A stretch of 64,000 bases of DNA from Candidatus Eiseniibacteriota bacterium (GTDB taxonomy: Bacteria > Eisenbacteria > RBG-16-71-46): positions 1 through 64,000 of the forward strand of contig CAVSAC010000019.1 in the NCBI GenBank assembly GCA_963725865.1, in the 5' to 3' direction. The translations under genes and the position numbers were made by a program. Positions 28,416 through 39,064 of the stretch are shown one piece after another (position 1 is the first letter of the stretch; each line of letters opens with the position of its first letter). Below the pieces are notes generated by a model, which saw only the letters and a list, made by a program, of their open reading frames with translations, did no database searches and was not told the DNA's origin.

Positions 28416-29216
28416 TCAGCCGCGCGCGGCCCGCCGCCGCCGGGGGCGCTCGCTGGCGGTGCCGGTCACGACGTAGGTCCCGCTGCGCTCGTCCTTGCGC
28501 AGCGTGACGATGCCGGACTCCTGCGCGTCCTCGAGCAGATCGCTGAAGCTGCCGTAGCCGAGCGCCGCCTCGGTGAACGCGGGCCGCTTGCGCTTCATGG
28601 TGTCCTTCACCAGCGAGGCCTGGATCACGTCGAAGTTCTCGCGCTGCAGCGCGCGGACCGTGTCCGCCAGCAGGCGGAATGCCTCGTCCTTCTCGCGCGC
28701 CGGCTTCGCGCCAGTCGCCGCCGGGACCGGACCGCGCTCGAGATCCTCATAGTAGATGAACTCGTCGCAGCCGTTCGCCAGCAGCGGCGAGGTCGACGCC
28801 TTCATGCCGAGACCGATGACGTGCTTACCGTTCTCCTTGAGCTTCGCGACCAGCGGGGAGAAGTCGCTGTCGCCCGAGACGATCACGAACGTGTCGATGT
28901 GCTCCTTGCTCCAGCTCAGGTCCATCGCGTCCACCACCAGCCGGATGTCCGCCGAGTTCTTCCCAGTGGTCGCGCGCCGCGGGATCTCGATCAGCGCGAT
29001 GCCGTTCTCGTGCAGGCTCTGGGTATGACTGCGGAAGCGGTTCCAGTCCGCGTAGGCCACCTTCGCGATCACCTTGCCCTTCTCGAGCAGGCGGTCGAGG
29101 ATCCGGCGCACGTCGAACACAGCGCTGCCCTCGGGCAGGCCGAGCGCGATGTTCTCGAAGTCGATGAACACCGCGATCTGGAGCTGCGGTCCGGTGGCGG
29201 CGGGCGATGCGGGCAT
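28416..29216 (-). CDS. NYN (LabA/DUF88) ribonuclease with C-terminal OST-HTH/LOTUS domain
   Basis: FIDFENI, GKNSADIRLVVDA, VSGDSDF, CDEFIYY; P.F.E..LGY.SFSDLL. Confidence 0.92.
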   Translation of the reverse strand: MPASPAATGPQLQIAVFIDFENIALGLPEGSAVFDVRRILDRLLEKGKVIAKVAYADWNRFRSHTQSLHENGIALIEIPRRATTGKNSADIRLVVDAMDLSWSKEHIDTFVIVSGDSDFSPLVAKLKENGKHVIGLGMKASTSPLLANGCDEFIYYEDLERGPVPAATGAKPAREKDEAFRLLADTVRALQRENFDVIQASLVKDTMKRKRPAFTEAALGYGSFSDLLEDAQESGIVTLRKDERSGTYVVTGTASERPRRRRAARG

Positions 29217-29299
29217 GGACACGTCCTCTCGGGCGGACCGGTCAGCGAGGCCGGAGTCTCGGCAAGCGCGTCCGGAATCCGCGTACGGGCAGCGGATGA

Positions 29300-29752
29300 C
29301 TACGGGGCGGGATCGCGTGGCTGGGCGGGCGGCTCGCCCTTCGGAGGATCGACGCCGAACCACCGACGCACGCTCGCCGTCACCTGGCGGTCGGTCATCC
29401 GGTCGGCCTTCTGAACGCTGGTCACCAGGCCGCCCAGACCGTCGACATCGAGGCGGCTCTTGAGCTCGCCCTTCGCCTCGCCCGGGCCGCAGATCAGGAT
29501 CGCCTCCGCGTCCACGAGATGCTCCATCACCGCTTCGTAGTACGAGTCGAGCTGATCGCCGACGCGGCGCGCACGCGTGTCGGCTCCCATGCTCCCCTCG
29601 CGCTCGTCCGGCGCGTTCGCCCGCGCGTTGCCGGGGTGACGCATGTCCTGCTCGACATCGGACTCGATGCGCTGTGTCGTGTCGGTGTCGCCCGACAACG
29701 TGACGATCACGGCCTTGCGGTGATCGATCCACAGCCCTACCCGCTTCGACAT
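29300..29752 (-). CDS. eRF1-domain-like / host-attachment-like protein
   Basis: GLWIDHRKAVIV, YYEAV, ILICGPGEAK, ADRMTDRQ; no GGQ. Confidence 0.7.
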   Translation of the reverse strand: MSKRVGLWIDHRKAVIVTLSGDTDTTQRIESDVEQDMRHPGNARANAPDEREGSMGADTRARRVGDQLDSYYEAVMEHLVDAEAILICGPGEAKGELKSRLDVDGLGGLVTSVQKADRMTDRQVTASVRRWFGVDPPKGEPPAQPRDPAP

Positions 29753-29992
29753 GGAGACTCCCTTCGGCCTCGTGGAATGGGTGGGCACGGTGCCCGTGGA
29801 CCGCATACTACATCACCGCGACGATCGGGCCGCGGCGCGCGGCCGTGACGGAACGCGAACCCGGTTGGAGGCGCGGACATCTGGGCCGCGGGCGAACGGC
29901 GCGAGCCGCCGGGCCGAGCTCCGCGCGGCGCGTGAATTGAGCCGCGCGGAATGCTTGCACCCGCGCCGTCCGCACTCCACTCTCCGGTCGCC

Positions 29993-30823
29993 ATGCACGA
30001 CGCCCCTCCCGCCCCTCCCGACCCTCCCGATCCGCGCGAGTTCGTCGACCCCGAGCTGGAAGCGCTGGGGTTCGTCGCGCCCGATCCCGACGAGACACCA
30101 CCGGTGGAACTGTGGTCGGCCGTGGGCGACGTGCGGCCGTGGGGCACGCTGCTGCTGCTGCTCGTGTGGGGCGCGATGTTGCTGACGCTGGCCGCGCGTC
30201 ACGCCATCGGCGACTCCGCGGCACTGGTCGCGTGGGGCGCGAGCGCGACGCACCTGCCGGCGCGCGCGAGCGCGTGGCGGCTGCTCGCTTCGACGTTCCT
30301 CCATGGCGGGATCGCGCACGCGTTCTTCAACGCCCTCACCATGCTGGTCATCGGACCGACGGTGGAGCGCCTGTTCACCCGCTGGGGGTTCTGGGTGGTG
30401 TACGGGATCGGCGGCGCGGCGGCGTCGTGGGCGAGCCTGGCGTGGCGCGCCGCGCGCGACGGCGCGGCCGTGAGCCTGAGCGTCGGCGCGTCGGGCGCGA
30501 TCTTCGCGCTCGGGGGCGCGCTGCTGGTGATGGCGATCCGCCTGCGGCGCCGGCTGGCGCCGAGCCGCGCGCGCGCGATGGGCGCCGCGCTCCTGCTGCT
30601 GATCGCGCCCGGCTTCGCGGCCGGCTACGCGCGCCACGGCACCGACAACATGGCGCACGCGGCGGGCCTCGTCACGGGGGTGCTGCTCGGCGCGCTGCTG
30701 CCGCCGACGCCGCGACTCGGCGGGCCCCCGACGGGAATCGTGGTGCGCGCGCTCGCGACGGCGTGCGCGGCGGCGCTCGCGATCTCGCTGGCGCTCGCCG
30801 TGCGCAGCGGGCTCGCGCTCTGA
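29993..30823 (+). CDS. Rhomboid intramembrane serine protease
   Basis: WRLLASTFLHGGIAHAFFN, GASGAIF, AHAAGLVTG. Confidence 0.92.
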   Translation: MHDAPPAPPDPPDPREFVDPELEALGFVAPDPDETPPVELWSAVGDVRPWGTLLLLLVWGAMLLTLAARHAIGDSAALVAWGASATHLPARASAWRLLASTFLHGGIAHAFFNALTMLVIGPTVERLFTRWGFWVVYGIGGAAASWASLAWRAARDGAAVSLSVGASGAIFALGGALLVMAIRLRRRLAPSRARAMGAALLLLIAPGFAAGYARHGTDNMAHAAGLVTGVLLGALLPPTPRLGGPPTGIVVRALATACAAALAISLALAVRSGLAL

Positions 30824-30895
30824 CCGCGGAGCGCGGGACCGCCGCGGGCCGTTCGCACCTCCGAAGTCCGCTCACCCGCGCCGCGGCGCGGGCGA

Positions 30896-31954
30896 TCAGC
30901 GCACGATCCCCGGCAACCGCGCGACCGAGGGGTCGCGCCAGAACGACGCGGTCCGGTGCTGCTCCAGCCACGCGGCCAGCCGGCGCGGCGTGCCGAGATC
31001 GGTCCAGCCGCACTCCGGCACCGCGATCGTGCGGAGCTGCTCCGTTCGCCACCGCAGCAGGTCCAGGCAGAAGTCGAGCGTCGGCAACTCATGGAACAAG
31101 CGCGCGACGCGGCCGGAAGCTCCGCCGCTGAGGAGCAGCTCGCGGGTGTATTCGCGTGCGAGCGAGGGGTACGACGTCTCGTAGAGCCGGTCGAGCGCCG
31201 CTCCGGTGGTGGCGAAGATGAAGCTGTTCCACAGCGCTCCCGCGCGCAGCAGGTCCGAGGCGACCGCCGGCGACGGGCACTCGATGAACGCCTGCACCGG
31301 GAGCGCCTGCTCGACCTCGTGCGGCTCCGGGACGATGAACCCGTACTCGAAGTCGGCGTACCACGGGGCGACGCCGAGCAGCACGACGTGCCCCGGGAAG
31401 CGCGCGGTGACGCTCACCGCGCGGCGCATGGCCCGCAGCAGGCGCGGCTCGTCATCCACCTCGTGATCCGAGGGCATCACGACGAGCCGCGGATCGTCGG
31501 CGTGCATCCGCACGTGCGCGAGCGCGTGCAGGACCGCGACTCCGGTCCCGCGCGGCTCCGGTTGGGCCAGCACGTTCTCCGCCGGCAGATCCGCGAGCGC
31601 GCCTCCCCACCACGCGCGGTGGGACTCGAGCACCAGCACCAGGATGCGGTCCGGCGTCGTCAGCGCGCGCGCGCGATCAAGCGTCTGCCTCAGCAGCGAG
31701 CGTTCGTCGCGGAACGAGTAGAACTGCTTGGGGACCGGCACGCCATCGGAGCGGATCGTGAGTGACCGCATGCGAAGGCCCTCGCCCCCCGCGAGCACCA
31801 CGACCCACGGGAGGTCCGCGGCGGGGTCGCGATGGATCGGAGTGGGTCGCGTGCGGGGTCCCGCGAACTGGAGCGGCACGCGCGGCGTCTCGCGGCGGTC
31901 GAGCGGCGGCGCGCTCCGGTGATCGCGACCTTCTGAGGTGGGATCGTGCGTCAT
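30896..31954 (-). CDS. Sugar-phosphate nucleotidyltransferase (mannose-1-phosphate guanylyltransferase-like)
   Basis: VLAGGEGLRM, PKQF, PSDH, EYGFI, WNSF, GWTDLG. Confidence 0.88.
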   Translation of the reverse strand: MTHDPTSEGRDHRSAPPLDRRETPRVPLQFAGPRTRPTPIHRDPAADLPWVVVLAGGEGLRMRSLTIRSDGVPVPKQFYSFRDERSLLRQTLDRARALTTPDRILVLVLESHRAWWGGALADLPAENVLAQPEPRGTGVAVLHALAHVRMHADDPRLVVMPSDHEVDDEPRLLRAMRRAVSVTARFPGHVVLLGVAPWYADFEYGFIVPEPHEVEQALPVQAFIECPSPAVASDLLRAGALWNSFIFATTGAALDRLYETSYPSLAREYTRELLLSGGASGRVARLFHELPTLDFCLDLLRWRTEQLRTIAVPECGWTDLGTPRRLAAWLEQHRTASFWRDPSVARLPGIVR

Positions 31955-32118
31955 GGTCGCCCCCCGAGCCTGCGGATCCGAGCGGCCAACCGACGACGTC
32001 GCCCGCAGCTTACCGCCGGATCACCGCCGCGCGAGTCAGGAATCCGCGAACTCTGCGCCGCCGTCCTCCAGTTCGATGGCGCGTGACGGTCACTCGCGGT
32101 GAACTCCGGCGCGCCCGT

Positions 32119-35100
32119 CTACAGCCGCGTCTCCGCCAGCTTGCGGTTCAGCTGGAGCACCCGCACGTCGGGGTCCACGACCACCCTCTCGGGCTGGAAC
32201 GCGCAGCGGATCGTGAGGGTCCGGGACTCACCGGCGCCGAGCGTCACCGCGCCCCGCGCCTCGCGGTAGGCGGCGTCCTGGACCGAGGGCGCGACGGCGG
32301 CGCCGGGCTTGGCCTTGACCCAGCGCTCCCCGGCGGTCACGGCGATCTCCACCGGCATGCGGCCGGTGCCGGTGTTGGTCACCGTCAGGGTGACGTCCGC
32401 GCCCGCCCCGCGCTTCGACTTCGTCGCGCGGGTGATGCGGTACTGCGGCATCGCCCGGTCCTCGAACCACTGCTTCACGAACGCGTCGTAGGCGGTCGTG
32501 TCGGAGGCATAGGGCCGCAGCGCGGCGACGAGGTCCTGCAGCGCCGGGTGGTCGCGGCTCACGCTCCAGGTGCGGACGAACTCGCGATAGCCCGCGAGCG
32601 CGCGCTCGTGTCCCAGGTAGTCGTAGAGCATCCAGAACACCCAGCCGCCGCGATCGTACGTGGCGGTCTCGTCCGAGCGGTGCGAGCCGTCGATGTCGTA
32701 CATGGCCCGCTCGTCGTCGGGCCGGCGGCGGTCGTTGTAGCGCTTCTCGATCCCCTTCGCGAACTCCATGCGGCCGCGCGGCCCGCGCACCTGCTCGAAC
32801 AACAGCAGCGTCGAGAAGTGCGCCATTCCCTCGGACAGGAAGTCACCCCCGGGCCCGTTGGCCGGCGTGAGGATGTTGCCCCACCACTGATGGGCGGCCT
32901 CGTGCGCGGTGACCAGGAACGTCGCGTCGGTCTTCGCGTCGTTGCGGGTGAGGAAGCCGATGTTCTCGCTGAACGTGATGTTGGTGCCGAATCCCTGCGC
33001 GTACCCGGCCAGCCCCGGGAATTCCGAGAGCTTCAGCTCGCGCCACGGGTACGGCATGAACCACTCGGAGTACCAGCGACGCGACGCATCGAGCGCCTCG
33101 GACATCTCGCGGACGTTGTAGGGATGCTGGCTGGCGTAGTAGATCGTGGTGCCGTGGCCCGGCTGCACCTTCCAGCGGCCGCCCACGATGTTGAGGATCT
33201 TGACCGGATGGTCGGTCACCCATACCTGCGTGCGCCACCCGTCGCGCACCGAGTCCCGCGTGCACACGCCGACCGAGTTCAGCGTGTACTCCCGCGGCGC
33301 GGTGATCGTGATCTGCGCCGGGAACCATGCCGTCGCGCCGAAGCCGGCGCGCGTGATGCCCTTCCAGTAGTCGCGCGAGAAGCGGCGCGTGTCGGTGCGG
33401 TTGTCCTTGTCGACGCCGACGCCGTCCATGAATCCGATCACCGGCATGAACGAGGGTGTGAAGCCCGTCAGCACGACGCCCGACGGCAGGATGAACTCCT
33501 CGGTGTTGCCGCCGTTCTTGGTCACGCCGTCCGGGAAGCGGCCGTCCCACGTCCAGCCGATGACCACGCTGTCGCCCTTCGCGAGCGGCCGCGGCGGAGT
33601 GAAGACGTAGAGGTGCTTCTCGTCGGCGGGCACGTACGGCCGGCCGTCCAGAGTCCACGCCAGGTGGTTCCAGTGCCGGGCGCCGGTCAGCGGGATCTGC
33701 GCGAGGGTCGTGTCGAGCCCGTTCACGAGCGTGAACGCACCCTGGCTCCGGATCGCGTGACGCGCCGGATCGAGTCGCACGGCGATCACGGCGCGGCCGA
33801 TGTCGGGCAGCGGTGCATCGAGCCACGTCTTGAGGTTGCGCGCCCAGTAGTCCTTCTCGGCCTTCTTCGCCACCCCGCCCCCGATGCCGCGGTCGACCAG
33901 GAACACCAGCGCGGTCCACGCCACCAGCGGCACCAGCGCGTAGATCGCGAGCCGCCCGGCGGTGCGCACGAGCTGGCCGGGCGCCAGCCGGTGCATGATG
34001 CGCACCGGATCCGCGCCGCGCCGGCCGAACAGCCGCACCGCGAGCATGGTGAAGAACACGGCGCTGCCGAGCAGCAGAATGCGATTGAGCGCGAGCGCCA
34101 CGCGATCGGTCTCGAAGAACCCGAGGTCGCTCCAGCGCAGCACCCCCCACAGCGGCCAGTTCCCCGCCCAGGTGAGCTTGCCCGTGAAGGCGCGGAATCC
34201 GGTCCAGATGATGAACGCCAGGCTGAGGGCGTACGCGGCGTAGCGATTGCCCACCCACGCGTAGATCGCCGTGACGAACGCGGTCCAGGCGAGGAACGTC
34301 GGCACCAGCAGCAGGCCCCACACCAGCAGGTAGGGCGTGAGCGAGAACGCGACCGTGTGCTGGATCACCAGCGCGATCGCGCAGGCGATCAGCGCCGCGA
34401 GCAGGATCACCAGCCCCACGACGCTGTTCGCCAGCGCCTTGCCGAACAGGAACGAGGCGGTGCGCATCGGAGTGGCGTAGAGGATCGGCGCCAGGCCGGT
34501 GACGCGCTCGCGCTCGAGCGACTCCACGGTGTAGAACAGCAGCAGCAGGCACACCAGCGTGGAGACCTGGCTCGCGACCGCGACCGCGGTGCTCCCCGGC
34601 GTCAGCAGCAGCGGCGTGTCGAACGCCCCGGTCGCGAGCAGCACGTTCCCGATCACCTGCAGCAGGATCAGCGGCACGAAGATGTACAGGCCCGCCTGCC
34701 CGCGCAGCTCGCGCAGCTCGGCGCGCGCCACCGCGACGACGTTCGCGAGCGCGCCCACCGGGCGCGAGCGCATGCGGAGCGCGGCCACCGCCGGCGCCTC
34801 GAGCGCCGCGCCATCCGCCGGGACCTCCGCCGCAGCCGACGCTCGCGCGGCCCGCGTCGCGGCGCCCGAGGCCACCGCGCCCCGCAGCGACTTCGCCACC
34901 GCGCGCTGCGTCAGCAGGACCGCGCCCACCCCGCCCACGAGCAGCCACAGCCGATTGAGCCAGAACACCAGGTCGTACGGCACCGGCTGCGTGTTGTAGA
35001 ACGTGACTCCGCGGTCCACCTTGAGATGGGTCTCGTTGAGCCAGCGGTAGCCGGTGGGCTCGAGCGCCTGCAGGATGCGGTTCACGCGCAGGTCGAGCCA

Positions 35101-35730
35101 CGAGGGCGCCCAGTCCCACAGGAAGAATCCGCACACCAGCATGGCGGCCACCGGCAGCACGAACACCAGCACCGCGCTGCGCGAGCGCTCGCCGACCAGC
35201 ATCGAGAGACCGGTGAAGAACACCACGAACGGCAGTCCGATGGTGGCGATCGGGACGAGGTAGTGCGCGAGCGCGAACGGCCCGCGGATCTCGTGGGCGT
35301 TCGCGTTCGGGACCACGTGGTTGAAGAACGCGGTCGTCGCCATCTGCCAGAGCATCATCACCGCGAACCCGCCGACCACGGCGAAGAACCGGCCCCAGAC
35401 GTACTCGCCCGGGGTGAGCGGCGTGGAGTGCAGCAGCACGTCCACCTGCGTCTCGCGGTCGCGCAGCAGCGTGAGCCCCGCCGCGGACGCGATGAAGAAC
35501 GCGTAGTAGAGCAGCACCAGGTAGCTCATCGTCTGCGTCTGGGCGAACTCCGACGTGATCCAGGCCTTGGTGCCGCCCACCGAGCTGTCGCCCGAGCTGA
35601 TCTGCAGCGAGCCGGTCGAGAGTCCCCAGGCGCTGAGCACCAGGATCAGCCCGAGCGCGATGAACAACGGCCGGCGGAACGCGTGGCCGAACTCCACGTC
35701 GAACGAGGCGCCGAGGCGTCGCAGGTTCAT
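32119..35730 (-). CDS. ABC-2 permease fused to M1-family zinc aminopeptidase
   Basis: Two multi-TM permease halves; HEAAHQWWG...LSEGMAHF (HEXXH-X18-E); YDRG. Confidence 0.9.
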   Translation of the reverse strand: MNLRRLGASFDVEFGHAFRRPLFIALGLILVLSAWGLSTGSLQISSGDSSVGGTKAWITSEFAQTQTMSYLVLLYYAFFIASAAGLTLLRDRETQVDVLLHSTPLTPGEYVWGRFFAVVGGFAVMMLWQMATTAFFNHVVPNANAHEIRGPFALAHYLVPIATIGLPFVVFFTGLSMLVGERSRSAVLVFVLPVAAMLVCGFFLWDWAPSWLDLRVNRILQALEPTGYRWLNETHLKVDRGVTFYNTQPVPYDLVFWLNRLWLLVGGVGAVLLTQRAVAKSLRGAVASGAATRAARASAAAEVPADGAALEAPAVAALRMRSRPVGALANVVAVARAELRELRGQAGLYIFVPLILLQVIGNVLLATGAFDTPLLLTPGSTAVAVASQVSTLVCLLLLFYTVESLERERVTGLAPILYATPMRTASFLFGKALANSVVGLVILLAALIACAIALVIQHTVAFSLTPYLLVWGLLLVPTFLAWTAFVTAIYAWVGNRYAAYALSLAFIIWTGFRAFTGKLTWAGNWPLWGVLRWSDLGFFETDRVALALNRILLLGSAVFFTMLAVRLFGRRGADPVRIMHRLAPGQLVRTAGRLAIYALVPLVAWTALVFLVDRGIGGGVAKKAEKDYWARNLKTWLDAPLPDIGRAVIAVRLDPARHAIRSQGAFTLVNGLDTTLAQIPLTGARHWNHLAWTLDGRPYVPADEKHLYVFTPPRPLAKGDSVVIGWTWDGRFPDGVTKNGGNTEEFILPSGVVLTGFTPSFMPVIGFMDGVGVDKDNRTDTRRFSRDYWKGITRAGFGATAWFPAQITITAPREYTLNSVGVCTRDSVRDGWRTQVWVTDHPVKILNIVGGRWKVQPGHGTTIYYASQHPYNVREMSEALDASRRWYSEWFMPYPWRELKLSEFPGLAGYAQGFGTNITFSENIGFLTRNDAKTDATFLVTAHEAAHQWWGNILTPANGPGGDFLSEGMAHFSTLLLFEQVRGPRGRMEFAKGIEKRYNDRRRPDDERAMYDIDGSHRSDETATYDRGGWVFWMLYDYLGHERALAGYREFVRTWSVSRDHPALQDLVAALRPYASDTTAYDAFVKQWFEDRAMPQYRITRATKSKRGAGADVTLTVTNTGTGRMPVEIAVTAGERWVKAKPGAAVAPSVQDAAYREARGAVTLGAGESRTLTIRCAFQPERVVVDPDVRVLQLNRKLAETRL

Positions 35731-35734
35731 CGCG

Positions 35735-36670
35735 TCACCTGGCCGACGCGACGGCGACCGGCAGCGGCGACACCGCGGCGACTCCCTCGTGCCCGGGCAG
35801 CGCGCCGAGTCGCATCAGCACCAGGTACGAGTCCTCGAGCGTGGCGGTGACCGGCGCGAATCCCGGCGGCGGGGCTCCGCTCGGCTCGTGGATGCGAGCG
35901 CGATTGCGGCCCTCGACCAGCAGCGCCTGCGTGACCATGCGCTCGGCGCGCAGCCGCGGCAGGTCCTCCACGCTGACCGTGCCCTCGAAGATGCGGCCGT
36001 CGATCGCCGCGCGCGCCTCGACCGGCGTCGTGAGCGCGATCAGCCGGCCGCCGCGGATCACCGCGAAGCGCGGACAAAGCACCGCGACGTCCTCCACGAT
36101 GTGGGTCGAGAGCACCACGATGCGATCCACCGCCAGCTCCGAGAGCAGCCGGTAGAAGCGCAGGCGCTCCTCGGGATCGAGGCCCGCCGTCGGCTCGTCG
36201 ACGATGATCAGGCGCGGGTCGCCCGCGATCGCCTGGGCGATGCCGAGCCGCTGGCGCATGCCGCCGGAATAGCTCTTCACCGGCCGCTTCGCCGCGAAGG
36301 AGAGGTTCACCCGCTCGAGCAGGTCGGCGACCAGCTGCTTGCGGCCCTGCGGCGCCTCGACGCCCTTGAGCACCAGCAGGTGGTCGAGCATCGCCGCGCC
36401 GCTCAGGTGCGGGTAGAAACCGAACTCCTGGGGCAGGTAGCCGAGTCGCGGCCACAGCGAACCGGGATCGTCGAGGATGTCCGCGCCGTCGAGCGTGACC
36501 GTCCCCGCGGTGGGTTCGAGCAGCCCTGCGACGATCTTCATGAATGTCGACTTGCCGGCGCCATTGGGGCCCAGCAGCCCGAACATGCCGGGCGGCACGT
36601 CGAGGTCGACGCCGTTCAGCGCGGTCACGGGACCGGGGTAGACCTTGACCAGGCCTCGGACACTCAGCAT
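35735..36670 (-). CDS. ABC transporter ATP-binding protein
   Basis: GPNGAGKST, YSGGMRQR, DEPTAGLD, STH. Confidence 0.95.
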   Translation of the reverse strand: MLSVRGLVKVYPGPVTALNGVDLDVPPGMFGLLGPNGAGKSTFMKIVAGLLEPTAGTVTLDGADILDDPGSLWPRLGYLPQEFGFYPHLSGAAMLDHLLVLKGVEAPQGRKQLVADLLERVNLSFAAKRPVKSYSGGMRQRLGIAQAIAGDPRLIIVDEPTAGLDPEERLRFYRLLSELAVDRIVVLSTHIVEDVAVLCPRFAVIRGGRLIALTTPVEARAAIDGRIFEGTVSVEDLPRLRAERMVTQALLVEGRNRARIHEPSGAPPPGFAPVTATLEDSYLVLMRLGALPGHEGVAAVSPLPVAVASAR

Positions 36671-36845
36671 GGACTCCTCCTGGGGTGCGGCACCGGCGGA
36701 GAGCGATGGGACGCACGGCACCTGGGGGCGCGCCGAGCCCGACTCGCGCGCGACGGCGGACAGAGTGCCATACGACGGGCGCGAGTGGGAGGTTGCAGCG
36801 TGGGAGCCCGCGCGCGATCGGGGGCCGGAACGCGCGCGGCGCCAT

Positions 36846-37103
36846 TCAGCCCGCGTGCCGAAAGCGCAACTTTCCCACCAGCACGGCGCCCGCGAGCACG
36901 AACGTCGCCCCGTTGGCGAGCACCACCGGCTGGGCGTGGAGCCGCACGCCGTAGACGACCCACGCGAGCACGCCCACCATGAAGATCAGGTACATCGCCA
37001 GCGAGATGTCGTCCGCGGACCGGGTGCGCCACACGTGGATCACCTGCGGAAGGAACGCGAGCGTAGTGCACGTCGCGGCGAGGTAGCCGATGGGTTCGGT
37101 CAC
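36846..37103 (-). CDS. SemiSWEET sugar transporter
   Basis: 85 aa, 3 TM, AFLPQ..., DIS, PVVLAN. Confidence 0.9.
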   Translation of the reverse strand: MTEPIGYLAATCTTLAFLPQVIHVWRTRSADDISLAMYLIFMVGVLAWVVYGVRLHAQPVVLANGATFVLAGAVLVGKLRFRHAG

Positions 37104-37272
37104 GGGACTCTCCAGCGCACGTCGGGCGCGTGGCCGCGCGCGCGATCATCCGACCGCGGCGCGGCCCATGGGCCCAGCATAGTGGCTCGCCCCGCGGGGC
37201 GTCACTCGCGAGGGCCGCGCGCCGCGCGGGCGCAGCGTGGGGAGTCGCGTCGGTGCTACCCTCGCCGCGTCC

Positions 37273-38260
37273 ATGTCGACCGTCGCGGTATTCCTCGAGA
37301 ACCGACCGTTCTTCGGCGCCCTGCTGGTCCACGTGCCGCTGCTGCACGCGCTGCGCCACCGTCACCCCGGCGCCCGCATCGTGCTGCTCGCACCGTTCCC
37401 GCAGGCCGAGCTGCTCGTCCGGCTCGGCTGCGCCGACGAGGCGCGCGAGTATGAGCACGGCATCGGCGCGGTGCGCGGGCACCTGAGGGCGCTGCACCCC
37501 GAGACCATCCTGGCGCTGCGCCCGGCGTCCCAGTGGCTCGATCTCGCCGTGGGCACCAGCGGGGCCGCGACCCGGCTCGGATTCCGTTCGCCGCTCGCGC
37601 GGCTGCTCCACACCCGCACGGTGCCGCACGACACCTCGGTCTATCGCGCGCGGAAGTACCTCACGATGATCCTCGACCGCGAGGCGGCGCTGGCGGCGCC
37701 GCTCGACGAGTGGTTCCGCGCCGAGGCGCGGCGCTCCGGCGGCGCCGCCACGCCGCGGGCGCGCACCCTCGCCGTGCTCCCGGGCGGGGGCGCCGGCGCG
37801 TTCAAGCTGTGGGGGATCGAGCGTTTCCTCGCCCTGTGCGAGCACCTCGCGGCCCGCGACGGGTCGCTGCGCTTCGCGTTCGTGCTCGGTCCGCAGGAGG
37901 CCGCACTGGCGCGCGCCGGTGCTGGCCTCGGCCATCGCGGCGCGCGCGGAGCTGCTGATGGACCGTCCGGTCGCGGAACTGGCGGCGGCCGCGTTCGGCG
38001 CGATCGGCGCGGTCGGCAACGACTGCGGCCCCGGACACGTGTTCCAGATGTGCGGCTGCCCGTTCGCGTGCGTGATGAGCGACCACGACGGGCAGGCGCG
38101 CGCGCGCATCGCGGAGTGGATCGACACCCCGAACCTGCCCCACGCGGTCGCGTCCGAGCCCGGCCGGGCGATCGACACGGTGCCGGTCGACCACGTGGCG
38201 CGCGCGGTCCAGGAGATGCTGGACCGCACGGCGGCGCCCGGGCCGCCCGCGCTCAGCTGA
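37273..38260 (+). CDS. Glycosyltransferase family 9; one-base frameshift near 37912
   Basis: PGGG...KLW; the GT9 motif GNDCGPGH lies in the shifted frame (ORF 37919..38260). Confidence 0.78.
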
Positions 38261-38696
38261 GGGTGCGCTCTCCCATGATGTACTCGGTGAGGTAGCGGAC
38301 CTCGACGGCCCGCTCGCTCGCCATGCACTTCACCAGGTCGCCGATCGAGATCATGCCCACGAGGCCGCCTTCGTTCACCACCGGCAGGTGGCGGATGCGC
38401 TCCTGGCTCATGATGCGCATGCACTCCGTGACGTCCTGGTGGGTCTCGACGCACACCAGCCGCTCGGTCATCACCTCGCTGACGTAGGTCGTGCGGGGGT
38501 GGCGATCCTGCAGCGTCACGCGCCGCAGGTAGTCGCGCTCGGTGAAGATCCCCAGCACGCGGTCCCCTTCGCGCACCATCAGGGAGCCCACGTTGCAGGC
38601 GACCATCTTGGCGATCGCCTCGTAGACCGTCGCTCCGGGGTCGATGGCGTGAACGTGTGGACCCTTGGTGATGAGGATGTCGGAGACACGGGCCAT
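38253..38696 (-). CDS. CBS-domain protein
   Basis: GIFTERDY, VMT, RIRHLPVV, GMISIGDLVK. Confidence 0.92.
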   Translation of the reverse strand: MARVSDILITKGPHVHAIDPGATVYEAIAKMVACNVGSLMVREGDRVLGIFTERDYLRRVTLQDRHPRTTYVSEVMTERLVCVETHQDVTECMRIMSQERIRHLPVVNEGGLVGMISIGDLVKCMASERAVEVRYLTEYIMGERTLS

Positions 38697-39064
38697 GACA
38701 GGCTCCTCCGGACGAGGCGCACGCGCCGGAACGACCTGCGGCCCAGGCGTCCCCGTCGCGCACGGCTCGCGGTTGCACGTCCAGGGGCCGGGGTGGGTAC
38801 CCGGCTGACGGCCCCGCGGGCGCGTTCGAGGCTCGTGTGAGTCTCCGCCCGAGTCCCGGGATCAGCAATGGAAAAGGTGGGTGTTCAGCGCTCCTGATCG
38901 GGCCGCGTCCGCTGCGGAGGCGATTCGCACGATCGGCTGCGGGAGCGCGCCCGCCGCAGCCGCCGCGCTCGGCGTGCCCGGGGCGCCGGGCGCGGGGGCA
39001 TTCGTGCCGAGGGCCGCCCCGGTGCCGGGACGGCCCTCCGTCGGCGCTCCTCGTCAGTCCGACC

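Noticed and set aside
31762..35850. 1362-aa plus-strand ORF, and similar long ORFs at 7317..10115, 14390..17146, 38837..42718 and 52774..57003
   Set aside because: Antisense shadows of motif-bearing genes; expected in high-GC DNA and lacking recognisable domains
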